DNA from: Alphaproteobacteria bacterium
Lineage (GTDB): Bacteria; Pseudomonadota; Alphaproteobacteria; JBFXJJ01
Direction: 5' to 3'
NCBI GenBank assembly: GCA_050175015.1
Contig: JBFXJJ010000002.1
Location: 96,001 to 160,000 of the forward strand
Length of the DNA: 64,000 nt
Every line of letters starts with the position of its first letter. Within the stretch, counting starts at the first letter, position 1. The notes under the pieces were generated by a model, which was given only the letters and a program-made list of their open reading frames with translations, ran no database searches and was not told the DNA's origin. The position numbers and the translations under genes were made by a program. This document shows, piece by piece, positions 1 to 8,973 of this stretch.

Positions 1-64
1 TGATGTATCTAACTACAAAATATGGTAAAATTAACTATTGTTTTTGACTTATATGGCACGCTTT

Positions 65-1630
65 ATGAAAAGAAAACTAAAAAAATTAGGAACTGTTATT
101 TTTTTAGGCATAGGGATTTGCTTCCTAAGCAAGGCAAGCTGCGCAGAATATAACTTAAATGATATTGCAAACCTTACTTCAGATAGTTCCTCAGAAAGCA
201 CAAAAGAAACGGCAACAAGCACTACATCTCAACCCAAACCTCCTGCCCCCAAAACTAACAGTAAAAGTATAACTTCACTTTTTAAGAATTTGTCAGGCTC
301 ACTTTTTGGAGGCACAAGTACTAGTAATAATTCTACATCTCAAAGCAAAACAAATTCTGAAAAGGCACCTTCTAAAACAATAGAACAAACGGCCAAACCA
401 AAAACAGTCTTAGCTCCGCCTGCTCCTTCTGATGAAAATTTATCTCCAGACGATGAAAGCATTGAATACGTTGAAGACTTAGCCCCAGCTCAAGAAGAAG
501 GAACATTGGCTAGTGGAAACCTTGCAATAAACCCCAACGAATTATCTGCTTCTAATCAAAAAGAAAAAATAAATCCTTATGAACGCCCGAAATCACAAAT
601 TGTAAGCAAAGATTTGTTTAAAAATTTAGAAAAGAAAGATGATGCTGATAACAACCCTTTGCTTGACCAAATTGCAACCGATGAACTTGCTCTTGATGAC
701 AGCGATGCCCCAACCGAAGCTGGAACTTTAGCTGAACCTAAAAACAACAATATGCCGCCTTTACAAGCAAATAATGATGCAAATAAGCAGCAACCTCCGC
801 CTCCTAAAAATATGCCGAGAAAAAGAACATCAACAAACATAAACAATGAATTATCAGCACGAAAAACTCAGCCAGAAGAAATTCCAGATTCCATAAAAAA
901 TCTTCTGGAAAAAGACACAAACATACCAGAAGCTCTAGGCGCAGGAACCCTTACTAACAACGATATGCCTGCTGTTGCTAAAGATGCCGAAATAAAAGAG
1001 GCAAACACTAATGCGCCTCCACCTAGAATATTTGGAACCGACGTGTCTAACTTTAACGTTGCAGGAATCAAACTTGGAATGCCTCTCCGCTCAGTTCTGC
1101 GAATAGCTCAAGATAATAATTATGAGATAGCAAAAGAATTAAATGAAATTCCTAATTTTGCTAAATGGCAGTATGAACTTGCCTGTAAAAATGATGGCAA
1201 TTACCTCTTTGAAGGTATTCAAGAATGTGTAAAACAAGCTGCCAAGCAAAGAAAAACCTACTTTACAGAAAAACTAATATTAACCAAAAAAGCAAGCAAC
1301 GAAAAAATTGAAGTAATGTTTACAAGCAACTTCACAGGCAATCTTGTAAAAAAAATATCTTACTTTGTTCAAGAAGACCCTACTTTGGGGTATGGTCCCA
1401 AAGCAAAATATATAAGAGAACAGTGGGTTAATGATTTTTGGAAAAGAATTGATATGAAATATGGCTCTCCCGATGACAAAGAACGTGTAACTTGGGGACT
1501 TGGAGAGAATGAACCATCTTTAAACGTAAGCACAGGCAAAATTGTTTTATCAGACCCCAAACTGCCTCAAAAAGATTACGCTTTAATGTATAAAGCCGAC
1601 AAAGGAATTAATGTTAGTTTCAGTTTTTAA
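65..1630 (+). CDS. Hypothetical exported protein: signal peptide, long S/T/P/E-rich disordered region, C-terminal globular domain
   Basis: ORF 38..1630; likely start ATG 65 (MKRKLKK + hydrophobic stretch + ASCA). Low-complexity middle, folded-looking C-terminus (FNVAGIKLGM..., two Cys). Stop overlaps the chpT start (TAATG). Confidence 0.75.
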   Translation: MKRKLKKLGTVIFLGIGICFLSKASCAEYNLNDIANLTSDSSSESTKETATSTTSQPKPPAPKTNSKSITSLFKNLSGSLFGGTSTSNNSTSQSKTNSEKAPSKTIEQTAKPKTVLAPPAPSDENLSPDDESIEYVEDLAPAQEEGTLASGNLAINPNELSASNQKEKINPYERPKSQIVSKDLFKNLEKKDDADNNPLLDQIATDELALDDSDAPTEAGTLAEPKNNNMPPLQANNDANKQQPPPPKNMPRKRTSTNINNELSARKTQPEEIPDSIKNLLEKDTNIPEALGAGTLTNNDMPAVAKDAEIKEANTNAPPPRIFGTDVSNFNVAGIKLGMPLRSVLRIAQDNNYEIAKELNEIPNFAKWQYELACKNDGNYLFEGIQECVKQAAKQRKTYFTEKLILTKKASNEKIEVMFTSNFTGNLVKKISYFVQEDPTLGYGPKAKYIREQWVNDFWKRIDMKYGSPDDKERVTWGLGENEPSLNVSTGKIVLSDPKLPQKDYALMYKADKGINVSFSF

Positions 1631-2301
1631 TGGAGTTTTTTTTGGATATTAACTTTGCAACCACACTTTCTGAATATATTACAACCAGAATCTGCCACGA
1701 CTTATCAGGAGCAACCAGTGCCATAACCAATGGTGTTGAATTTCTTTCGGGTGACGATGACTTCGCATCTGAAGCTAAAGGTTTGATTGAAATGAGTGCA
1801 AACACCGTAAGCGCTCGAATCAAATTGTTTAGACTTGCTTTTGGAAAGCTTGATGAAAGATGCCGTGATTTTAATCATATCAAAGAAATTTTAGAAAATT
1901 ATCTTTGCGAGAATCCTAAAATAAATATTTCTTGGATAACAAACAGTGATTTTCAAAAAGATGAAACCGCAATGATAACAGGACGGTTGATTCTTCTCTT
2001 AGGAATAATTGCTCCCGATGTCATTCCAAGAGGAGGAATTTTAAAAATCAATCCTGGATTTTCTGACGCCGAATTTTTAAAAATTTCTATCTCTTCCGAA
2101 AAAATTCTTATAAACAAGGAATTGGAACAAATTTTTATTCTAATGAATAACGAAAAAACTAACATTGATGAGTTTTTAGCGCAAACTACCCCAAAGAATG
2201 TTAACTTAACTTGCTCACAGTTAATGGTTGAAAAAATCGGTGCTGTGATAAAAGTTATTAACAAACCAGAATATTTAGAAATAACGGTAAAACAAAAGTA
2301 G
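1630..2301 (+). CDS. chpT: Histidine phosphotransferase ChpT
   Basis: ITTRICHDLSGATSAITNGVEFL matches the ChpT H-box (xSRxCHDLxxPxxAxxNGxE); RIKLFRLAFG and IPRGG motifs; neighbours cheY and ctrA. Confidence 0.88.
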   Translation: MEFFLDINFATTLSEYITTRICHDLSGATSAITNGVEFLSGDDDFASEAKGLIEMSANTVSARIKLFRLAFGKLDERCRDFNHIKEILENYLCENPKINISWITNSDFQKDETAMITGRLILLLGIIAPDVIPRGGILKINPGFSDAEFLKISISSEKILINKELEQIFILMNNEKTNIDEFLAQTTPKNVNLTCSQLMVEKIGAVIKVINKPEYLEITVKQK

Positions 2302-2443
2302 ACATTTTTTTAAAAATAAATTTATTATATAGAAAAACAAGATTGTTTGCTTTACAATTTATAAATTAAACGTATTAGCTAACAAGCTTTTGATAATATG
2401 ATTTTATAATTTTTAACTTTTATAGGGTGCGAGAGGTATTCTA

Positions 2444-2809
2444 ATGAAAACTTGCCTTATTGTAGATGATTCAAAGGTCATACGTATGGTTGCCCGCAGA
2501 ATTCTCCAAGAGCTAGGCTTCGAAACATCAGAAGCTGAAGATGGAGAAGAAGCAATAAATCTTTGCAAAAAATCTCTGCCTGACGGAGTATTACTTGACT
2601 GGAATATGCCCGTAAAAGATGGTTTGCAATTTTTAAAAGAACTTAGAGCTATGCCTAATGGCGATAAGCCTATTGTTGTTTTCTGCACAACCGAAAACGA
2701 CTTAGACCATATAATTGAAGCGTTAGGATGTGGCGCAAATGAATATATAATGAAACCATTCGACAGCGAAATTTTGCAGGCTAAATTCGCTCAAGTTGGT
2801 CTTCTATAA
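2444..2809 (+). CDS. cheY: Chemotaxis response regulator CheY (single receiver domain)
   Basis: CLIVDDS, LLDWNMP, FCTTEND, YIMKPF; directly upstream of cheB-cheR. Confidence 0.92.
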   Translation: MKTCLIVDDSKVIRMVARRILQELGFETSEAEDGEEAINLCKKSLPDGVLLDWNMPVKDGLQFLKELRAMPNGDKPIVVFCTTENDLDHIIEALGCGANEYIMKPFDSEILQAKFAQVGLL

Positions 2810-2835
2810 AAAAACAATTTTAAGGAGAGTTTAAC

Positions 2836-4011
2836 GTGGAGCTTCCCCAAGTTAACAAGAAAGAAACGACATCAAAAAATGATGCTCCATACAGAGTAAT
2901 GGTGGTTGATGATTCAGCCGTTATTCGAGGCTTGATTACAAAAATGATTGAGTCTGATCCCAATATGAACGTTGTTGTAACGGCACCTAATGGACAAGTT
3001 GCTCTCTCTAATTTAGATCGCTACGATGTTGAAATCGTTATCCTCGACATTGAGATGCCTATAATGGACGGGTTAACGGCTTTACCTCTAATGCTTAAAA
3101 AAGTCCCAGACCTTAAAGTTATAATGGCATCAACCCTAACTTTAAAAAATGCTGAAATAAGTATGCAGGCAATGGAGCTGGGAGCAACGGATTATGTGCC
3201 TAAACCCACATCATCTAGAGAAGTTTCAGGAAGCGATACTTTCAAAGCTGAGCTTTTAGCAAAAGTTAAACATATTGGTGAGGCTAAACGCAAGGCACGC
3301 GGGATATTTCGTCCACAAGCAAAAGAAACTGTAGGTTCTGCCGCACGTCCCGAAATAAAAAGAGCACCAATAACGCCGTTAAAACCTTCTGAGCCTATTA
3401 AAATCAGTTTAAGACAAGCTTCAAACTTCAGACCAGAGGTTATAACTATTGCCAGTTCAACAGGTGGCCCTCAAGCCTTATTTAAGGTTTTTGGAGAACT
3501 AAAAAATGAAGATATAAAACAACCAATATTAATAACACAGCATATGCCCGCAACTTTTACAAAAATTCTTGCGGAACATATATCTTCAGTAAGTGGAAAA
3601 ACTGCTATTGAAGGTGCTAATGATATGATTGTTGAGGGCGGCAAAATATATGTTGCTCCTGGTGGTTTTCATATGACTATTAAACAAAGAGGCGTCAACA
3701 GGGTTATTGAATTAAAAGATACCCCTCCAGAAAATTTCTGCAAACCTTCTGCCGATCCTATGCTTAGAAGTGTTGTTGATATCTTTGGCAACAAAACCTT
3801 TACGGTAGTTCTTACAGGTATGGGAAACGATGGCTCCAAAGGTTCTGAGCATGTTGTAAATGCTGGAGGAACTGTTATTGCTCAAGATGAAGCTTCTAGT
3901 GTTGTTTGGGGAATGCCCGGCGCTGTTGCTAAAGCAGGTTTATGCAGTGCTATTATGCCTCTTACTGAAATACCTAATTATATTATAAAACATGCCATAA
4001 GGCGAGTTTAG
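2836..4011 (+). CDS. cheB: Chemotaxis methylesterase CheB
   Basis: Receiver domain (VVDDS, LDIEMP) plus esterase motifs SSTGGP, QHMP, LTGMGNDG; GTG start with AAGGAG RBS. Confidence 0.96.
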   Translation: MELPQVNKKETTSKNDAPYRVMVVDDSAVIRGLITKMIESDPNMNVVVTAPNGQVALSNLDRYDVEIVILDIEMPIMDGLTALPLMLKKVPDLKVIMASTLTLKNAEISMQAMELGATDYVPKPTSSREVSGSDTFKAELLAKVKHIGEAKRKARGIFRPQAKETVGSAARPEIKRAPITPLKPSEPIKISLRQASNFRPEVITIASSTGGPQALFKVFGELKNEDIKQPILITQHMPATFTKILAEHISSVSGKTAIEGANDMIVEGGKIYVAPGGFHMTIKQRGVNRVIELKDTPPENFCKPSADPMLRSVVDIFGNKTFTVVLTGMGNDGSKGSEHVVNAGGTVIAQDEASSVVWGMPGAVAKAGLCSAIMPLTEIPNYIIKHAIRRV

Positions 4012-4019
4012 GGAGAGTT

Positions 4020-5375
4020 TTGATGAGTCCTGATGACTTCAGTTTTATTGCTAAATTACTAAAAGAACGGTCTGGTCTATCCATTGGGGAAGACAAAGTC
4101 TATCTTTTAGAAAGCAGACTTATGCCTGTGGTGCGCAAAAATGGTTTTGCTTCTATTGACGAACTGATTGCTAGCATTAAAGGCAAAAACATAGCTTTGG
4201 CTGAAGAAGTTACCGAAGCGATGACTACTAATGAATCTTTTTTCTTTAGAGATACCAAGCCTTTTGATCAGTTTAAACAAATTGTTCTTCCTGCAATGCT
4301 AAAAGAGCGCGCAGGAAAAAAGGTTATCCGCATTTGGTGCGCTGCGGCTTCTAGTGGTCAAGAGCCTTATTCTCTGGCAATGATTCTTAATGAAGAAAAA
4401 GCTAAACTTGAAGGTTGGCGCATCGAAATTGTTGGCACCGATATTTCACGAGACATTCTTCAAAAAGCTAAAGAAGGTAAATATTCTCAATTTGAGGTTC
4501 AGCGAGGACTTCCTGTTAATCTTCTAGTTAAATATTTTACGAAACAAGATGAAAACTGGATTATATCTCAAGAAATACGCTCAATGGTCAATTATAAATA
4601 TTGGAACTTACTTGATGATATTTCTCCTTTAGGTGTTTTTGATGTTGTATTTTGCCGTAATGTTTTAATTTACTTTGATCACCCAACAAAATCAAAAGTA
4701 TTAGCAAAAATTGCCAATCAACTTGCAGGAGACGGCTTCCTATACTTAGGCGGAGCTGAAACCGTTCTAGGCATTTCGAATAGATTTAAACCTGTTCCTG
4801 GTCAAAGAGGTGTATATGTTGTAAATGCCGCAGGAAATGATGCTTTGCCTGCAGGCTTTGTTCCAACAAAACAGCCTTTAGCAGCAGGCGCCACAACAGT
4901 TGGTGCGGCAACAGCAGGAGCTGCGGGTGTTGCTGCGGCCAGACCAACGACTTCACCTTTAGGAACAAGACCAACTGTTCCAGCTGGCTCATCTTATTTT
5001 TCTAAAACACCATTAAAATCACCGTTAGTGAAACGTCCTATTTCTCAACCTTTAGGCAGTCGCCCTGCGGGCACTCCGATAAATAGCGGTTCCAATATCA
5101 CTAATAGACCTTTAGGTACAGGAATTGGAAGTGGCGGTACTCCTGTAAATCGTATTGTTTCGCCGACAAGACCGACTAGTCCAACTACACCTACACAACA
5201 ATCACCAACAGCAATAAAAAAACCAATAGGCAGCGCTTCGGCTATAAATCCCGCACCGCGATCAGTTATTATGCCTACAGCCTCGGGACAAAATCATGCT
5301 GGACATACTGTAATTAGGCGTGTTGTTACAAACCGTATTGTTCCCAATACCGTAAAAATTGAAGAAAGCAAATAA
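4020..5375 (+). CDS. cheR: Chemotaxis methyltransferase CheR with long C-terminal low-complexity extension
   Basis: TTNESFFFRD, RIWCAAASSGQEPYS, GTDIS, VFCRNVLIYF, LYLGGAE; about 180 extra P/T/S/G/R-rich residues after the catalytic domain. Confidence 0.95.
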   Translation: MMSPDDFSFIAKLLKERSGLSIGEDKVYLLESRLMPVVRKNGFASIDELIASIKGKNIALAEEVTEAMTTNESFFFRDTKPFDQFKQIVLPAMLKERAGKKVIRIWCAAASSGQEPYSLAMILNEEKAKLEGWRIEIVGTDISRDILQKAKEGKYSQFEVQRGLPVNLLVKYFTKQDENWIISQEIRSMVNYKYWNLLDDISPLGVFDVVFCRNVLIYFDHPTKSKVLAKIANQLAGDGFLYLGGAETVLGISNRFKPVPGQRGVYVVNAAGNDALPAGFVPTKQPLAAGATTVGAATAGAAGVAAARPTTSPLGTRPTVPAGSSYFSKTPLKSPLVKRPISQPLGSRPAGTPINSGSNITNRPLGTGIGSGGTPVNRIVSPTRPTSPTTPTQQSPTAIKKPIGSASAINPAPRSVIMPTASGQNHAGHTVIRRVVTNRIVPNTVKIEESK

Positions 5376-5862
5376 GCATAAATTGCGGTTTTAGATTAAA
5401 ACGTAAGCCTTAACTCAATGGTTAATTAAGGCAAATATATGTTTATATGCTGTTTTAAACCTATTATTACTACAAATTTTATACTTGATCTTTTTTAAGC
5501 CCAAATAGAGGGATGATAGTTTTTTATCGAGCATATTTGAAAAAAGTTTAATCCATTTGATTAAATTTATTCTGACAACTTTAAAAACGCTTAGAAGTTA
5601 TGCTCTTTTATTAAACAATCAATAAAAAAATAGATATATCGTTTTATTATAACCAAGTTAGGCTGCTTTAACTATAACCGCATAATTAAATAAAAAACGG
5701 ACTACATAAACAATATAAATATGCAGCAAACAAGATTTGGTTTTAAATATGCCCTCTTGGATGTTAAACGGCATAAGGAAGAAGGTAAGAACGGCTCTAA
5801 AGTATCGGCAAGAAAATTAATGCTAAATATTAGCTAAGAAAAAATTCATCTAATTTATTAAA

Positions 5863-6120
5863 TTATGCCCTTCTAATATTAGTTTTATTTTCAGCGTCAG
5901 AGTCATCAGAAGCATCTTCATCAACGTATTCTAAAATATCTCCAGGCTGACAATTTAGAACCTTACAAATAGCTTCTAACGTCGAAAATCTAACCGCTTT
6001 AGCCCTGCCAGCATTAAGAACAGAAAGATTTTGGACACTAATTCCAACTTTTTCAGCAAGAGTTATCAGCTTCATTTTTCTTTTCGCTATTACAACATCA
6101 AGATTAATTCTAATACCCAT
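5863..6120 (-). CDS. Cro/C1-type HTH transcriptional regulator (YozG-like)
   Basis: IRINLDVVIAKRKM...LAEKVGISVQNLSVLNAGRAKAVRFSTLEAICKVLNCQPGDILEY is typical of the family; ATG 6120 with AAGGA RBS. Confidence 0.9.
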   Translation of the reverse strand: MGIRINLDVVIAKRKMKLITLAEKVGISVQNLSVLNAGRAKAVRFSTLEAICKVLNCQPGDILEYVDEDASDDSDAENKTNIRRA

Positions 6121-6145
6121 AACCAAATCCTTTTTATTTAGTTAA

Positions 6146-6946
6146 CTATATTGTTAACGATTGTTCTTCAAAAATGCGGCAGCCTTCCCGCATAACGACA
6201 GCCAATACCAAACAATGAAGTCCTGTTACAGCTAAAATACCATAAGGTTTAAACCATAAATCAAGTATCATCATAAAAACCTGCTCAGAAATATCAATAT
6301 TATTAAAATTAAAGGTATTAAACATCAACATTGACTGAGCAAAACTAATCAAAGCTAGAACTATTAGACCCGTACCAATTAAGGCATAGTTTTTAACCAT
6401 TCTAGCAGAAAAGAATTCCCGTCTTTGATAACCACTGGCAAGTTTTTTTAGAACATAAAGCGTCCCCAATCCAACTAGCAAGTGGCAGATTAACAGGGAT
6501 ATTCTAAGCAGCATTGTTTTTTGCATAAAATCACTATTAAAACGGTCAAATTTCTTGTGACGCAAATCCCCACGCCCGAAATCAGGCCTAGGCATACCCA
6601 TTGAGCCATGAAACATCTCATCTGGCGGCGGCATATCATCTGGAAGCATCTCATCTGGCGGTGGCATATCATCAGGAAGCACATCTTCATGAGGCATATT
6701 AGCTGGCGGCATCATATTAGCATCGCCTCGTGGAGGCTCCTTCATAAAACTTGCAATATGAGGAGGTGGGAACGGAATATTAATAATCCTAGCCATACTA
6801 AGATGATGAATAATCGCAAAAGATGTATGAACAATTAAGACTAGAGCCATAATTATAATTAAACAATTAATCACTAGGCTTGTTATTATATTTTTTCTAT
6901 CTTTTTTTTCTTCAGGTGTTCCTGATAAAAAAAACACTTCGCTCAT
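6146..6946 (-). CDS. DUF2975-like membrane protein with a Pro/Met/Asp-rich insert
   Basis: Four hydrophobic segments; C-terminal VMREGCRIFEEQSLTI typical of DUF2975; usual pairing with a downstream YozG-like HTH gene. Confidence 0.8.
   Translation of the reverse strand: MSEVFFLSGTPEEKKDRKNIITSLVINCLIIIMALVLIVHTSFAIIHHLSMARIINIPFPPPHIASFMKEPPRGDANMMPPANMPHEDVLPDDMPPPDEMLPDDMPPPDEMFHGSMGMPRPDFGRGDLRHKKFDRFNSDFMQKTMLLRISLLICHLLVGLGTLYVLKKLASGYQRREFFSARMVKNYALIGTGLIVLALISFAQSMLMFNTFNFNNIDISEQVFMMILDLWFKPYGILAVTGLHCLVLAVVMREGCRIFEEQSLTI
6614..6681 (-). repeat. 33-bp tandem duplication encoding (LPDDMPPPDEM)x2
   Basis: catctcatctggcgg(c/t)ggcatatcatc(t/a)ggaag at 6614 and 6647. Confidence 0.9.
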
Positions 6947-6979
6947 TCAAGGCTCCACTCAAAGGCTTTTAATTAACAA

Positions 6980-7010
6980 TGGCAGTTCAGTTTTCATTTC
7001 TGAACTGCCA
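6980..7010 (-). terminator. Probable intrinsic terminator or stem-loop after the poly-Pro gene
   Basis: TGGCAGTTCAG-9 nt-CTGAACTGCCA perfect 11-bp inverted repeat; only a weak U-tract. Confidence 0.6.
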
Positions 7011-7052
7011 ATTGTAAACTATTTTCCTAGTTAATTACAAACTAATTTTATG

Positions 7053-7814
7053 TTATATTATACTGGATAATAGTTCCGCAGACAATGAGGAAGTACTGTT
7101 TTCTTCATCTTCATTCTGGCTTAGAAGCGATGATATTACAGAACTTTCCTCATCGTCATCATCTGAAGATAAGAGCTCAAGGGCTAAAGATTCCACGCTT
7201 GAAGTAGAAGATGCAGTCGCTGTTGACGCCGTGTCATCTTCGGTTGAACTCATACCTTCAGCAGGAGGTGGTGGAGGCGGTGGCGGTGCGGGCATATCAA
7301 TACCGTTTGCCTCCAACTCTTCTTGAATTTTTGCCATAGTCTCTTCGGATAAAGGTTCATCGGAGCCTTCAGTATATTTGGCAAAAATCTCATCAATAAT
7401 TTCCTGCTCGTCATCAGTTAAACTGCTCACATCTTGTTGAGAACCACCGGCTGGAGGAGGAGGTGGTGGTGGTGGCGCGGGCATATCAATACCATTTGCC
7501 TCCAACTCTTCTTGAATTTTTGCCATAGTCTCTTCGGATAAAGGTTCATCGGAACCTTCAGTATATTTAGCAAAAATTTCATCAACAATTTCTTGTTCAT
7601 CTTCAGTCAAAGAGTTATTAGCTTCACCAGAATTACCCATAGCCGTCACCGCCATTGCATTCTGACTTAAAGAAACCTCGAAAGCAGGGCCGAAGCTGTC
7701 TTTAGTTTCTGATGACTTTTCGCTTTTTTCTTCCTGACTAGCCATTTGCGAATATTTTGCTTGGCTAAGAGCAGTTAAAGATTGCTCGTAGCTAAGCGAG
7801 TTAATAGATGTCAT
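7053..7814 (-). CDS. Hypothetical acidic protein with a duplicated 63-aa unit and two poly-Pro tracts
   Basis: ORF 7053..7880; likely start ATG 7814 (MTSINSLS) with AAGGAG RBS at 7821-7826; unit SLTxDEQEIxDEIFAKYTEGSDEPLSEETMAKIQEELEANGIDMPAPPPPPPPPA occurs twice. Confidence 0.85.
   Translation of the reverse strand: MTSINSLSYEQSLTALSQAKYSQMASQEEKSEKSSETKDSFGPAFEVSLSQNAMAVTAMGNSGEANNSLTEDEQEIVDEIFAKYTEGSDEPLSEETMAKIQEELEANGIDMPAPPPPPPPPAGGSQQDVSSLTDDEQEIIDEIFAKYTEGSDEPLSEETMAKIQEELEANGIDMPAPPPPPPPPAEGMSSTEDDTASTATASSTSSVESLALELLSSDDDDEESSVISSLLSQNEDEENSTSSLSAELLSSII
7261..7612 (-). repeat. Intragenic direct repeat, 189-bp period, two copies
   Basis: gcgggcatatcaatacc...gccatagtctcttcggataaaggttcatcgga...cttcagtatattt at 7288 and 7477. 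Confidence 0.92.
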
Positions 7815-7876
7815 ATCAGTCTCCTTATATTTATAAATATCATCATTCCTTGTTGAAAGATGACGCTGTTTATTTG

Positions 7877-7891
7877 GCAAAAAATATGCCA
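7877..7891 (-). promoter_or_regulatory. Sigma-54 (-24/-12) promoter for the 7053..7814 gene
   Basis: Minus strand TGGCAT-ATTTT-TTGC matches TGGCAC-N5-TTGC with exact spacing, about 60 bp upstream of the start codon. Confidence 0.72.
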
Positions 7892-8040
7892 GAAAATAAC
7901 ATATTGTTTTTCAATATTTTTTATTTTTTCTGGTTTATTTTTTTAATGATAAACGAGAATTTATTGCCTATCAACAATAAAAACACATAATATACAGGAA
8001 TTTTTTTCCGACTAACATTAATTTAACAACTATAAACAAG

Positions 8041-8070
8041 AAAAACCCATTGTTTAACAATGGGTTTTTT
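8041..8070 (-). terminator. Intrinsic terminator of ctrA
   Basis: AAAAACCCATTGTT-T-AACAATGGGTTTTT inverted repeat 30 bp past the ctrA stop. Confidence 0.8.
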
Positions 8071-8099
8071 AAAATCATGGCATAAAAAAATATTTTAAA

Positions 8100-8801
8100 T
8101 TATGAAGCTTTCTTTTTGTTTTCTTTTTGAGGTTCACGCAAAACATATCCCCTGCCCCATACGGTTTCAATATAATTTTCACCGCTGGTTGCTTTTTCTA
8201 ATTTTTTACGTAACTTACAAATAAAAACATCAATAATTTTAAGCTCAGGCTCGTCCATTCCGCCATAAAGATGGTTAAGGAATTGATCTTTGTTAAGAGT
8301 TGTGCCTTTTCTCAAAGATAACAGCTCTAAAATGCTGTATTCCTTGCCTGTTAGGTGCAAAGGCTTGCCTTTTACTGTAACCGTTTGAGTGTTAAGATTA
8401 ACTTCAATTACACCTGTTCTAATAACAGATTCAGCGTGCCCTTTTGATCTTCTCACAATAGCTTGAATACGAGATAACAACTCTTGTTTATCAAAAGGTT
8501 TAGTCAAGTAATCATCGGCACCAAAACCAAAACCTTTAATTTTCTTTTCTGTCTGAGTAAGCCCAGAAAGAATAAGTACTGGGGTTTCAATTTTTGATGC
8601 TCTAAGTTTTTTCAAAACTTCATATCCATCAATATCTGGCAGCATTAAATCTAAAATAATAATATCATACTCATAGAGTTTGCCAATTTCTAAACCGTCT
8701 TCACCCATATCGGTACAATCGACAATCATTCCCTCACTTTTGAGCATCATTTCAATACTTTTGGAGGTGCTTTTATCATCTTCAACTAAAAGAACGCGCA
8801 T
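8100..8801 (-). CDS. ctrA: Cell-cycle/motility response regulator CtrA
   Basis: MRVLLVEDD...[14 protein letters not shown]...[21 protein letters not shown]...[26 protein letters not shown]...IETVWGRGY is the CtrA signature; divergent from fliI. Confidence 0.97.
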   Translation of the reverse strand: MRVLLVEDDKSTSKSIEMMLKSEGMIVDCTDMGEDGLEIGKLYEYDIIILDLMLPDIDGYEVLKKLRASKIETPVLILSGLTQTEKKIKGFGFGADDYLTKPFDKQELLSRIQAIVRRSKGHAESVIRTGVIEVNLNTQTVTVKGKPLHLTGKEYSILELLSLRKGTTLNKDQFLNHLYGGMDEPELKIIDVFICKLRKKLEKATSGENYIETVWGRGYVLREPQKENKKKAS

Positions 8802-8861
8802 AAGTTTATTTCCTATTATTAAAGGTATAAAATAATAACCAAAACAGATAATATATCTTTT

Positions 8862-8877
8862 TTAACCATTTGTTAAC
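8862..8877. promoter_or_regulatory. CtrA binding box in the ctrA-fliI divergent region
   Basis: TTAA-CCATTTG-TTAAC, a perfect TTAA-N7-TTAAC. Confidence 0.78.
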
Positions 8878-8973
8878 CTTTTTTACTAGATTTTGTAAAA
8901 AAAATTGTTACTTTTACAACAAATAGCTATTATTATTAAAAACAATCACTTTTTTTAAGGATTTTTTCAACCC

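Noticed and set aside
5376-5862. 487-bp AT-rich gap between cheR and the HTH gene; TTAA-N8-TTAA at 5410-5425
   Set aside because: No ORF remnant, tRNA or strong structure recognised; spacing is wrong for a full CtrA box.
8012-8027. CTAA-N7-TTAAC, a one-mismatch CtrA-like box
   Set aside because: Such matches are expected by chance in DNA this AT-rich; no independent support.
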